From contig CAWIYV010000004.1 of NCBI GenBank assembly GCA_963840455.1, positions 96,001 through 160,000 of the forward strand: a stretch of 64,000 nucleotides of DNA. Reading direction: 5' to 3'. Below the pieces are notes generated by a model. The model searched no databases. It was not told where the DNA came from and saw only the letters and a program-made list of their open reading frames with translations. Positions 30,088 to 39,436 of the stretch are shown in pieces (within the stretch, counting starts at the first letter, position 1; the number at the start of each line of letters is the position of its first letter). This DNA comes from Nitrospirota bacterium (GTDB lineage Bacteria; Nitrospirota; UBA9217). The position numbers were made by a program, and so were the translations under genes.

Positions 30088-30915
30088 TCACATCCTCCAC
30101 TCGATCTTCGGCGCATTCCTGGGCACCAGCCGCTGGTACCGGTACTTCGGATATCCCGCCATCAGGACGCCATGGACAGCGTTGTCCGCGGGGACCTTCA
30201 GGGCCTCCCGGAGCGGCTGCCATTGGAGCAGTCCCACCATGACGAAACCGGCCCAGCAGGCACCGAGGCCGAACGTGGGCGCTGCAAGGTCGAAGTAAGC
30301 GAGCGCCGAGGTGCAGTCAACGGCGCCCAGTCCGTAGGCCTTCGGCGCATGGGCAAAGACGAGCACCGGGGCCCCGCGGGTGACGCCGTCTGCCCCGATC
30401 TCCCAGTCCGCCACGACGCGGTCGAGACGGTAGCTCAGCGCTATCGGGGCCTTTGCCTTTACCAGCTCCCGCATGTGATCAACGACCATGCCGGCCAGCT
30501 TCTTCACCTCGTCGCGGGAATTGACGACGAGCCAGCTTACGAGCTGGCTGTTCCCGCCGGTGGGCGCGTACCGCGCAATCTCGATCAGCTTCTGGAGCTT
30601 CTCCTGCTCAACGCGCTTGTCCTGATACGTGCGGATGGAGCGGCGGGAGCGGAGGAACTGCTCGGCCTGTGCAGGCGACAGGCTGAGCGCCCGGTCGAGT
30701 GTAGGGAAGTCCTCGTGCTTCAGCATCGAATGGGTGAACGCACCGTGCGGACAGACGGCGACGCAGTGGCCGCACCGGATGCATCGCTCCGCCGCGTCCG
30801 GCGTCGGCACCGGTGTCGAGGAGGCATCCTTCATCGCGATGATCTTGATGGGGCATTCGGCAACGCAGATGCCGTCCCGTTTGCATTTCTTATCGTCGAT
30901 CGTAAACAGGCTCAT
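30088..30915 (-). CDS. Nitroreductase with N-terminal 2x[4Fe-4S] ferredoxin domain
   Basis: CKRDGICVAECP, CIRCGHCVAVCP, RRSIR and APTGGN motifs. Confidence 0.92.
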   Translation of the reverse strand: MSLFTIDDKKCKRDGICVAECPIKIIAMKDASSTPVPTPDAAERCIRCGHCVAVCPHGAFTHSMLKHEDFPTLDRALSLSPAQAEQFLRSRRSIRTYQDKRVEQEKLQKLIEIARYAPTGGNSQLVSWLVVNSRDEVKKLAGMVVDHMRELVKAKAPIALSYRLDRVVADWEIGADGVTRGAPVLVFAHAPKAYGLGAVDCTSALAYFDLAAPTFGLGACWAGFVMVGLLQWQPLREALKVPADNAVHGVLMAGYPKYRYQRLVPRNAPKIEWRM

Positions 30916-30987
30916 GAAGCCTCCTTGAAGCCCCGGGAGCGAACCCCTGCGGGTCAGGTCTTTACCGTTAGTATTATCCTCGTTTTA

Positions 30988-31128
30988 CTGCCGTTCTCCT
31001 TACTGCCTTCCGCTTTTTTCCCGCTTTTGTCTTCGCCGCCTTCTTCTTTGTTATCTTCTTCTTTGCCTTCTTCTTCGGCGCATGCCAGTTCCGTGGAATG
31101 GGCTGCAGCATGCTGACGCGGTTGCCCT
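30988..31128 (-). repeat. Second copy of the VOC gene 3' end
   Basis: AGGGCAACCGCGTCAGCATGCTGCAGCCC...; matches 32298-32438. Confidence 0.9.
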
Positions 31129-31158
31129 GCTAAACGGTGAGACCTGCCCTCAGCATTC

Positions 31159-32136
31159 CTAATATATTTTTTCCATCTCCTCGCGCTTTGTGTAGGGAAC
31201 AATATCGAGAACTTCGCTGTTCCGGAATACCAATGCGAGCTTCGGCACTTCTTTTCCGCCTTCTACGTAACCGAACCCCCAGACGGTAATTACACCGGCA
31301 GGCCGCAGCATGGTCCATCGATGCTCGGACGTGGTGTTCAAGAACCCTTTCATACCGAAGATCGTAAAATCCACTCCCGTCGGCATCATCACGAAGATCC
31401 CGCCAAGCGTTTTCACAGCCACCATCAGCGGAGTACCTTTATTCAATTGCTTCAATTTCAGCTCCGACTCTTGAAACGCGGCAGGTGATAAATAGGCGCT
31501 GCTATAGGAACCACTGGTGATCGGCGTTTTTTCAGCAGTGATCCCGGCGGGGTCCGGTTCAGTAAAAGGCAGCGCCTGAACGTCCTTTACTCGTATGTCC
31601 CTGAGGTAGATCTGCGTATTCACCACACCCGGGTCGCGTACGGACCCGATATTCGGCGCCTTGCTCGCCTGAAGCTTTTTGTATTCGTCCTGAGAGATAA
31701 GACTGGCTTCGGTCCTCAATATATATTTCGGTACGAGATTAATTTCGCCCCAGATATATCCGAAAACATGGGAACCATACACCGTGTCCCCCGACCGGCC
31801 GATAAGAGAGCCAAATTTATAATAGGCCTGCTCAATTCCACCGGACATGCTCTGGATCCATCCGTCCGATTTTGTTACCAAAGCGACTGTCCTGCTTCCC
31901 TGCTGGATCGGGAACACAGCCCACTTGAGACCCGTCGCGTCCGGGGAATCGCCGGGTTTTAATTTAAGGAGTAACGGCTCTGCCCTGCTAAAAGCATCTT
32001 TAGAAGCGGATTCGGCAAAAAGTTCGCGTTTCATATCCTCGATTGCACGTTGTTGCTTCGAGGCACAGCCCGAAACGACGGTGTGCGCTAGAATAAGAGC
32101 GCAAAAGAGCAGAACTATATTATATCTGAGGTTCAT
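31159..32136 (-). CDS. Hypothetical lipoprotein
   Basis: Signal peptide with lipobox VSGC; 325 aa. Confidence 0.7.
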   Translation of the reverse strand: MNLRYNIVLLFCALILAHTVVSGCASKQQRAIEDMKRELFAESASKDAFSRAEPLLLKLKPGDSPDATGLKWAVFPIQQGSRTVALVTKSDGWIQSMSGGIEQAYYKFGSLIGRSGDTVYGSHVFGYIWGEINLVPKYILRTEASLISQDEYKKLQASKAPNIGSVRDPGVVNTQIYLRDIRVKDVQALPFTEPDPAGITAEKTPITSGSYSSAYLSPAAFQESELKLKQLNKGTPLMVAVKTLGGIFVMMPTGVDFTIFGMKGFLNTTSEHRWTMLRPAGVITVWGFGYVEGGKEVPKLALVFRNSEVLDIVPYTKREEMEKIY

Positions 32137-32286
32137 ATTGATCTCCTACCGTTAACGATGAATGAGACTTAAGATATATCGATGAGCGATAACTACACGG
32201 GAGTCCCGGTAGCAAATCTGTACTGTTTATATGGCCGGTCGTGGGCCAGGCCCGTAATCCTGGATTGATTCTTCATAGTGTTTCTA

Positions 32287-32788
32287 CTACCGCCTCCCTG
32301 CCGTTTTCCTGCCTGCCTTCCGCTTTTTCCCCGCTTTTGTCTTCGCCGCCTTCTTCTTTGCTATCTTCTTCTTCGCCTTTTTCTTCGGTGCATGCCAGTT
32401 CCGCGGGATGGGCTGCAGCATGCTGACGCGGTTGCCCTCGGGGTCCATGAACGAGACATAGCTTCCCACGCCGGGGATCTCCATGGGTTCACCGAGCACG
32501 CTTCCCGCCGGCCTCCGCGACCTTTGCGATCGCCTTCCTGATATCGTCCACCGCGATGACGATGGACGGATACTGCGCAGGCCAATCGGGTCGTTTCGGG
32601 TAGAACCCGCCGTTGATCGCGCCGGGCCTCTTCGGCCCCTTCTCCCCGGTCTCGACGGTGGTCGCGAGGACGTAGCTGCCCATCTCCTCGCCGAGCATCT
32701 CTGTCTGCCAGCCGAAGGCGGACCGGTAGAACTTCGCCATGCGCTCGCGGTCCTCGAACGGCATCTCAAAGTGAACGACAGGATCCAT
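32287..32788 (-). CDS. VOC/glyoxalase protein with Lys/Ala-rich tail; 1-nt frameshift at ~32501
   Basis: MDPVVHFEM..PGAINGG..AGGK|VLGEPMEIPGVG..DPEGNR, joined across two ORFs. Confidence 0.85.
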
Positions 32789-32902
32789 GGTGTGACCTCC
32801 AGTTTTGTAAGTATGAATTAAGAAGTAAGAACGTAAGGAAAGAAGAAGTTACTTCTTTCTTCGCTTTTGCAAGTGAGACAGACATTTCCGCAACGGCAAC
32901 GG

Positions 32903-33325
32903 CTACCGTCCCGCACCAATGAGCGCCAGGAACTCCTCCGGTGTCATGACCGGGAGCCGGTCAGTCCTGTAATCCGCCTTATTCCGGGTGATCAGGCAGT
33001 CGGCCTTGACGTGGAGCGCTGAATAATACTGCACCGCGTCCTCAAAGTCCTTGAAGGTCGAGACGAGTGAAAGGTCGATCACCTTTTCATCAACTGCAGC
33101 GACCCGAAAGACGATCCTCAGTTTTTCAAGAACCCGCATCGCCTTCTCCCGCTTCAATTCTCTCGACAAGAGATAGAACATCGTCGGGAAGCTCTGCGCT
33201 GAGAGATACCCCTGGAGCTTCTTTTCTTCGATCAGGGAGAACAGCCGGGCCGCAGGGCTGTAATGCGGATCCCGCTTCAGGAATATGTCGAGGATGACGT
33301 TGATATCGCAGAGAACACTTTTCAC
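32903..33325 (-). CDS. PIN-domain toxin (VapC-like)
   Basis: LCDINVILD, DFEDAVQ and ITRNKAD motifs; GTG start overlaps the antitoxin stop. Confidence 0.88.
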   Translation of the reverse strand: MKSVLCDINVILDIFLKRDPHYSPAARLFSLIEEKKLQGYLSAQSFPTMFYLLSRELKREKAMRVLEKLRIVFRVAAVDEKVIDLSLVSTFKDFEDAVQYYSALHVKADCLITRNKADYRTDRLPVMTPEEFLALIGAGR

Positions 33326-33576
33326 CGATACTTCTCCGCGAGATGTTTCCGGTATCGCTCGCGCAGCTGCGCGGCATCCTGTTTGCCTGAAAGCACTCCA
33401 GCGACCTCGTACAGGACCGGTGATTCCCTCACCTCGTGCGTTCCCTGGTCTGCAACGGCCTTGAAATAGTCCTCTACCATACGAGACAGGCTGACACCCT
33501 TCGAGCTCGCAGTTTTTTTTGCCTTCCGAATGACGGTCTCTTTCAGCCGCAGGGTAAGTTTTGTGGTCATGAACAT
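33322..33576 (-). CDS. DUF6364-type RHH antitoxin
   Basis: MTTKLTLRL..AK..GVSLSRMVEDY..EKY, upstream of the PIN gene. Confidence 0.82.
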   Translation of the reverse strand: MFMTTKLTLRLKETVIRKAKKTASSKGVSLSRMVEDYFKAVADQGTHEVRESPVLYEVAGVLSGKQDAAQLRERYRKHLAEKYR

Positions 33577-33649
33577 CCCTCCAAAATGAGACGTACATAT
33601 GATAATATTATGTACGTCACCTGTCAAGTGCTTTCGTTGCTGTAAATAA

Positions 33650-33679
33650 GAAGGCCGGAGATATCATCTCCGGCCTTCG
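33650..33679 (-). terminator. Hairpin terminator
   Basis: GAAGGCCGGAGAT-ATC-ATCTCCGGCCTTC, with a T-rich tail on the - strand. Confidence 0.6.
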
Positions 33680-33699
33680 CTCATTCGCACTATAACGTA

Positions 33700-33809
33700 T
33701 CACTCTTCCTTCAATATCCTCCACAGGCTCGTCCGCGAGATGCCGAGCATCTCTGCTGCCTTGGAACGGTTCCCGCCGAAGAGGCCCGGCACCCGTTCCG
33801 CGTACTCCT
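33700..33809 (-). repeat. Duplicated 3' end (Fis-HTH) of the 34712-36043 regulator gene
   Basis: Matches 34712-34821 ([25 protein letters not shown]). Confidence 0.9.
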
Positions 33810-33813
33810 CTCA

Positions 33814-34677
33814 TTACCCTACGATGCGCGTGTGGCCGTGGGCATGTACCACGCGGACCATCTCCACCCTGCGGTCACGTGAAGCACGCCGGATATTGTA
33901 GATCATGAAGGGCTGGAACAGGGACCAGGTCACGGGCGAACTGATCGCGTCCTTCGGACACTTCATTTCACAGGATAAGCAGAGGATGCAGTTGCGCTCC
34001 CAGGAGGGATGGCCGTTCTTGTCCCCGCTGATGTTCCGTGTCGGGCAAAGCTTCATGCAGAGACCGCAGGCATTGCACTTTGCATGGTCCACACCGAACA
34101 GCCTGCTGTACATCTGCCTGACAAAGAGGCGGTTCACGAGAAAACGTTCCAGGCGATAGACCGTGTGCGTCGGCCCGTCGTATTCCGCTTTTCGATATTC
34201 CTTGCCGCCAAGGCAGGCCGTGATCTCGCGTCCGTACACCTCGGCCCGCGCAATCTCGTCGGGCTTCGGATGGTCTGGAGAAAAAAGATATCCCCGTTTC
34301 AGATAGCCGAAAAAGTAATCGGCGCCAAAATACCGGCTGTAGCCAATTTCCTTGCCGCCTTTCCGTTCCAGGGCGCGCCGGACGATGTTGCCCGCGTCGC
34401 CGCAGTCCGTCCCGTACACGACGTAGACGAAGAACGGTTTCCCCAGGAGATCGGGAATGCTGTTGAGATGATCGGTTACGATGAAGGGAGGACGAAAATA
34501 ATATACCGGCGTGCCGAGCCCCAGGACGTCATACGTGCCGGGGTCGGGCGCCGGTCCGTCCTTCAGATTGTGGAGGTCAACGACGTGTTCTGCGGCTCGA
34601 AGACCCTTCGCGATCGATTCGGCTATGCGGCTTGTCGTCCCGCCCTGGGAATAGTATATGAGAAGGCATTTGGACAT
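33814..34677 (-). CDS. EFR1-family flavodoxin-ferredoxin protein
   Basis: YYSQGGTT, GTPVY, CNACGLCMKLCP and CILCLSCEMKCP motifs. Confidence 0.88.
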   Translation of the reverse strand: MSKCLLIYYSQGGTTSRIAESIAKGLRAAEHVVDLHNLKDGPAPDPGTYDVLGLGTPVYYFRPPFIVTDHLNSIPDLLGKPFFVYVVYGTDCGDAGNIVRRALERKGGKEIGYSRYFGADYFFGYLKRGYLFSPDHPKPDEIARAEVYGREITACLGGKEYRKAEYDGPTHTVYRLERFLVNRLFVRQMYSRLFGVDHAKCNACGLCMKLCPTRNISGDKNGHPSWERNCILCLSCEMKCPKDAISSPVTWSLFQPFMIYNIRRASRDRRVEMVRVVHAHGHTRIVG

Positions 34678-34711
34678 GATCGTAACCTCCTGTTCCCCCT
34701 GTGTCTAGCTC

Positions 34712-36043
34712 CTACTCTTCCTTCAATATCCTCCACAGGCTCGTCCGCGAGATGCCAAGCATCTCTGCGGCCTTGGAACGGTTCCCGCCGTACAGCTCAA
34801 GCACTTTTTCGGCATACTCCTTGTTCAGCTCATCCATGGTCCGGACCTTGGACGGATCGAGGGTCTCGATCTGGAACACCGACATGCTCTGCGGTAGGCT
34901 TTCCGGCGTAATGACGCTGCCTTTTTCCAGGATGATGGCGCGCTCGACGATGTTCTCGAGCTCCCGTACGTTCCCGGGATAGCTGTAGTTCCCGAGCACG
35001 GCCATGGCCTCTTTCGAAAAACTGGTGATCTTCTTGTTCGACCGGGGCAGGTGCTTCTTCAGGAAGTAGGCGGCCAGCGGTTCGACATCGTCGCGGCGCT
35101 CACGCAGCGGCGGGATGAAGATCTCCATCACGTTCAGGCGGTAATACAGGTCCTCGCGGAACTTTCCCGTGCTGATGAGGCCCCGCACGTCCTGGTTCGT
35201 TGCCGCGATGAACCGCACGTCCACGTGGATCGGCCGGGTCCCGCCGACGCGGTAGAACTCGCCCTCCTCGATCACCTTGAGCAGCTTGGCCTGCAGATTC
35301 GGCGCCATCTCGGCGATCTCGTCCAGGAACAGCGTGCCCGTATCGGCGATCTCCACGAGCCCCTGCTTGGTCTTGACCGCGCCCGTGAACGCGCCCCGTT
35401 CGTGTCCGAACAGCTCGCTCGCGAGCAGCTCCTCGGTCAAGGTGGCGCAGTTGATGGACAGGAACGGTTTGTCCTGCCGCCGGCTGGTGAAATGAACGAT
35501 CTTCGCGAGCAGGCTCTTGCCCACGCCGGTCTCGCCGGTGAAGAAGATGTTGCTCTCCGAGCCCTTGATGCTCTCGATGGTCTCGAGGATCTGCTTCATG
35601 GGGACGCTCTTGGCGATGATGGACACTTTCTTGTCCATGCCCAGATAGGTCTTGAGGGCGATGTTCTCGCGGATCAGCCCCTTCCGGTCACGGATCTTCC
35701 CGACCTTGAGCAGGAGCTCGTCGAGGTCAAAGGGCTTCGTCAGGTACTCAATGGCCCCCTTTTTCATCGCCTCGATGGCCGAGCCGATGCTGCCGTACCC
35801 GGTCACGATGATGACTTCCAGCTCGGGCGTCTTCTCCCTGACCCGCTCCAGGAGCTCGAGCCCGCTCATGCCCGGCATCTTGATGTCCGCGATGAGCAGG
35901 TCGAAGGAGTCCGACTCGGCCTTCCGCAGAGCATCGATGCCGTTCGTCGCGCTCTCGACGGCATACCCTTCTTTTTTGAGGGTATTGACGAGATGCTTGA
36001 CCGTGATCTCTTCGTCTTCCGCTATGAGTATCTTGAATGCCAT
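34712..36043 (-). CDS. Sigma54-dependent response regulator (NtrC/ZraR type)
   Basis: [24 protein letters not shown], Fis HTH. Confidence 0.96.
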   Translation of the reverse strand: MAFKILIAEDEEITVKHLVNTLKKEGYAVESATNGIDALRKAESDSFDLLIADIKMPGMSGLELLERVREKTPELEVIIVTGYGSIGSAIEAMKKGAIEYLTKPFDLDELLLKVGKIRDRKGLIRENIALKTYLGMDKKVSIIAKSVPMKQILETIESIKGSESNIFFTGETGVGKSLLAKIVHFTSRRQDKPFLSINCATLTEELLASELFGHERGAFTGAVKTKQGLVEIADTGTLFLDEIAEMAPNLQAKLLKVIEEGEFYRVGGTRPIHVDVRFIAATNQDVRGLISTGKFREDLYYRLNVMEIFIPPLRERRDDVEPLAAYFLKKHLPRSNKKITSFSKEAMAVLGNYSYPGNVRELENIVERAIILEKGSVITPESLPQSMSVFQIETLDPSKVRTMDELNKEYAEKVLELYGGNRSKAAEMLGISRTSLWRILKEE

Positions 36044-36170
36044 GGCTTCACCTGTATGACGAAAGGATGCTGAACGTAAGAGGGAAGGAATATCGGCATC
36101 TTCGGCCGTTCTGCTTACCTTCTCACCATCTCCCGGTCACCGTATCCCCGCATCGATCTGTCTGCGTTTC

Positions 36171-37793
36171 TTAACTTCCCGGCCCGTCCCCGAGGGATTC
36201 AGTCGGGGATGTCCCCGTGTCCATGAATTGCTTTACCGGCAGCGTGATCGTGAACATTGTGCCCTTTCCTTCTTCGCTCGCCACCGTGATCTCGCCGTGA
36301 TGCTTCTTGATGATATTGAAGACGATCGCCAGCCCCAGCCCGGTCCCCTTGTCCTTGGTAGTGTAGAACGGTTCGAAGATCTTGTCCAGGGCGTCCTTCG
36401 GCATGCCTTTGCCCGTATCGGCCACAACGGCCACGACCGCGTCATCCGACGAACGGATAGAGACCTTGATCTCTCCCCGCCCGTCCATGGCGTCGGAGGC
36501 GTTCAGAAAGAGGTTGATGAAGACCTGTTCCAGCTGGTCCGGATCCGCCTGGAGCACTGCGCCACGGGTTGCCGGTTCCAGGAAAAAAGCTATCCGCTCC
36601 ATGCTGCCCCGCATGCGGACCTGGATGCCCCGGACCAGATCGTTCATATCCACATCGCGGAGCTGCGGCTCGCGGCCCCGGGCGAACTCGAGCAGGTCCC
36701 CCACGATCTTCTTGACCCGCACGGTCTGGCCCAGGATGTCTCCCATCACGTCCTTCATGGCAGGCGGGCAGTTGTCCCCTGCCTCGCGGGCAAGGACCTG
36801 GGTCGAGAGATAGATGTTGTTCAGCGGGTTGTTCAGCTCATGGGCCACGCCGGCAGCCAGGGTACCGATGGCCGCGAGCTTCTTGCTCTGGAGCAGCTCC
36901 TGGTTCTTCCGTTCGATCTCCGCTTCCCGGGCCGCCAGCTCGTCCTCCATGTGATCGAACTTCCGGATGAGGATCCCGACCTCGTCATTTCCCCACCTCT
37001 GCTCCGGCGCGGCCACGTGAGGGAAGGACCCCTTGCCGGTCCGGTCCACAACATCGATGAGGAGGCCGAGGCGGCCCACGATGTTCCGGGTGATGAAGAA
37101 GAGCATGGTGATGCCCGTGACCAGGAAGAGCGGGAACACGACCAGGATCGCGATCTGGGACATCCTGATCGCCGACTCGACCTTCTGCCGGGCTCGGTCG
37201 TCCAGATCCCGGGAAAGGTTGATGATGTCCTCGCCGGTTTTCCTGAGATCGTTGATATCGCTGTCAAGCTCCCGGAGGCCCATGATGAGCTCGTGCCGTG
37301 CAGGCAGATGGAAGACTGTCGATAAAAATTCGGAGGCCTGGCGGGGCCGTTCATAGAAGGCCGATTCGATGAGCGGGAAGAACTGGGCATACTGCCGGTG
37401 GCCGCGCTGAAAAATCAGCAGGGCGCGGGTCAGTTCTTCCAGTCGCGACTCGATGGCATCAAATCGGGTCCGGTAGCGGCTGACCAGCGCCTGCAGCGAC
37501 TGCTGGGACCCCCTCCGTTCGGAGGGGACCATGCCGGCCAGGTTCACATCGAGCTCGTCGAGGTAGCGATGGATGTTTGCGGACTCTTCGCGTGATTTTG
37601 AGGGGCTGTAGAGAAAAAAGTTCTTTTCGTGCCGGCGGAGCTGGAGGGACTTGGTGCGGACCGTGTCCGTCAGTTCCAGGAACCGGATCTCGCTCTTGAT
37701 CCTGACGACGTTGACATATTCGAACGTTGCAAGGACCGCGATGATCGCGGCGCTGAGGATGAAGCTGAGGGCTATTTTTTTCTTGAGGGACAT
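36171..37793 (-). CDS. Membrane sensor histidine kinase
   Basis: Two TM, LRRHEKNF sensor, HAMP-like segment, AHELNNPL, G boxes. Confidence 0.93.
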   Translation of the reverse strand: MSLKKKIALSFILSAAIIAVLATFEYVNVVRIKSEIRFLELTDTVRTKSLQLRRHEKNFFLYSPSKSREESANIHRYLDELDVNLAGMVPSERRGSQQSLQALVSRYRTRFDAIESRLEELTRALLIFQRGHRQYAQFFPLIESAFYERPRQASEFLSTVFHLPARHELIMGLRELDSDINDLRKTGEDIINLSRDLDDRARQKVESAIRMSQIAILVVFPLFLVTGITMLFFITRNIVGRLGLLIDVVDRTGKGSFPHVAAPEQRWGNDEVGILIRKFDHMEDELAAREAEIERKNQELLQSKKLAAIGTLAAGVAHELNNPLNNIYLSTQVLAREAGDNCPPAMKDVMGDILGQTVRVKKIVGDLLEFARGREPQLRDVDMNDLVRGIQVRMRGSMERIAFFLEPATRGAVLQADPDQLEQVFINLFLNASDAMDGRGEIKVSIRSSDDAVVAVVADTGKGMPKDALDKIFEPFYTTKDKGTGLGLAIVFNIIKKHHGEITVASEEGKGTMFTITLPVKQFMDTGTSPTESLGDGPGS

Positions 37794-37894
37794 GGGGTCA
37801 CGTGGATGCACATGGTAGCATATCTCTGGCCGGTGTGCAATCCAAAGAATTAAGGAGTTTCCCTTCTTGCGTAAAATACTCAAAGGAGTCAGTT

Positions 37895-38313
37895 TTTCGG
37901 TATCCCCTTCGCGTCCTTACTGATTTCTTGACCGTCTACGGCCACGTCCGCTCGCCGCGCAAACTCGGCTCCGACCTCAGACTGCGCGTTCGCGTGCGGG
38001 ACGCTGCCTAGGCTAAGGGGTGAGAAGAGATCCAAAGGGCCGCTCCGGGGACATGCGGGGTTTAGGGAACTGCTGACCCAGCCGTCCCATGTGACAATCA
38101 GGCAGACAACCGAGGACGAGGATTAGACATTTTAGACTGTCTGAGCCGACGGCGAGCTTTCTAAAAAGACCAAGGACAGACCGATCTGCCGTATGGATTT
38201 TCGCCGGGTGCTCTTCTTTTGGTCACCTTTCTTCGGGCAAGCAAGAAAGGTGACAAAGGAGCGTATGATTAAAGACCCGGATCTTCGCTGATGTTCAAGA
38301 TGCTTGGTTTTCT
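37895..38313 (-). repeat. Repeat family A, diverged inverted full copy plus linker
   Basis: Reverse complement of modules 1 and 2; TTCGCTGATG..GATGCTTGGTTTT linker at ~38284-38311. Confidence 0.85.
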
Positions 38314-38527
38314 GGGCAGCTCAGTGCGACGCTGTGCTAATGCCTGTCCGTTGTTGTTGTTATCGTCATCATTGGCTGCTGGGCAGCGCTTCCCCTGCGG
38401 ACGCGCTGCTTTGGGTCCGTTCGCATCCCCAGCCCGTGCGGAGAATGCAATACGCACAGTCGTCGCGACCGAGCCGCCCGGCGCAGGGGTACGTCAAAAT
38501 GCAGTTAGCCATGCACTGCATATGACC

Positions 38528-38560
38528 AAACAAAAAACCGAAGGATTGCTCCTTCGGTTT
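38528..38560 (-). terminator. Intrinsic terminator of the TauE/USP operon
   Basis: AAACCGAAGGA-GCAA-TCCTTCGGTTTTTTGTTT on the - strand. Confidence 0.8.
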
Positions 38561-38578
38561 GTTCGCTGTTCTCTCTCG

Positions 38579-39436
38579 CTATGACTTTGCGACCAGCACC
38601 GGGCAGGGCGCATGGCCGATGACCTTTTCGGTGACGCTGCCCATGAGCAGCCTGCGGAGCCCCGTCCTGCCGTGGGAACCCACGACGATCATGTTCACGC
38701 CCTCGTCCTTCGCCAGCTTCACGATGGCCTCGAAGGCTTCGGACTCGCCGACATAGGTCTCCGCTTTGACGCCCGCGGCCTCGGCCTGTTTCCTCACCGC
38801 GGCGGTATATTCCTTGGCCTTCCTGACCATGTCGTCCACGGCCTGCGGCGCTTCGGCGTAGAACTCGGTCGGCACGTCCACGACGGACACCACCACGAGC
38901 GAGCCGCCGTAGGCCTTCGCAAAATCGATGGCCTTGTTGATCGCGATGGAGCTGAACTTCGACCCGTCGGTGGCGACCAGGATTTTATTCCACCCCAGCA
39001 CCGAACCGGCGGGTACCACGAGCACATCGCACTGCGTATGGCCGATCACGCGGGCGGTGACGCTGCCTACGAGGGCGCGGTCGAACTTTTTGAGGCCCCG
39101 CCGGCCCATGACGATGACGCCGCAGTTTTCGGCGTCGGCCAGGTCGATGATGCGCTCGTAGGTCTCGCCCTCTTCGCACACGGTCTTGATCAGGACCCGT
39201 TCGGCCTGGGCAAGCTTCTCCGCTTCGCGGAGCGCCTCCTCGCAGGGCTTTGCCAGCGAGGCCCGCACATCTCCCTTGACGCCGGTGAGATCGAGATCTC
39301 CGGTAAAAGGCGGGATCACCGAGGTGACCGTGATCCAGCACTTTTCGTCAACAGCAAGCCGGAACGCCTGCAGAAGCGCGTTCCGGCTCGATTCAGAACC
39401 ATCGATTGCGACCAGGATCTTCCTATACTTCCCCAT
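38579..39436 (-). CDS. Tandem universal stress protein
   Basis: Two USP domains (ILVAIDGS..GSVT; ILVATDGS..GSHG..GSVTEKV). Confidence 0.95.
   Translation of the reverse strand: MGKYRKILVAIDGSESSRNALLQAFRLAVDEKCWITVTSVIPPFTGDLDLTGVKGDVRASLAKPCEEALREAEKLAQAERVLIKTVCEEGETYERIIDLADAENCGVIVMGRRGLKKFDRALVGSVTARVIGHTQCDVLVVPAGSVLGWNKILVATDGSKFSSIAINKAIDFAKAYGGSLVVVSVVDVPTEFYAEAPQAVDDMVRKAKEYTAAVRKQAEAAGVKAETYVGESEAFEAIVKLAKDEGVNMIVVGSHGRTGLRRLLMGSVTEKVIGHAPCPVLVAKS

Noticed and set aside
32903-33576. PIN/DUF6364 pair as a novel system
   Set aside because: This is a common type II toxin-antitoxin arrangement.
38415-38435. tRNA suggested by GTTCGCATCCC
   Set aside because: No cloverleaf, anticodon arm or acceptor stem can be built.
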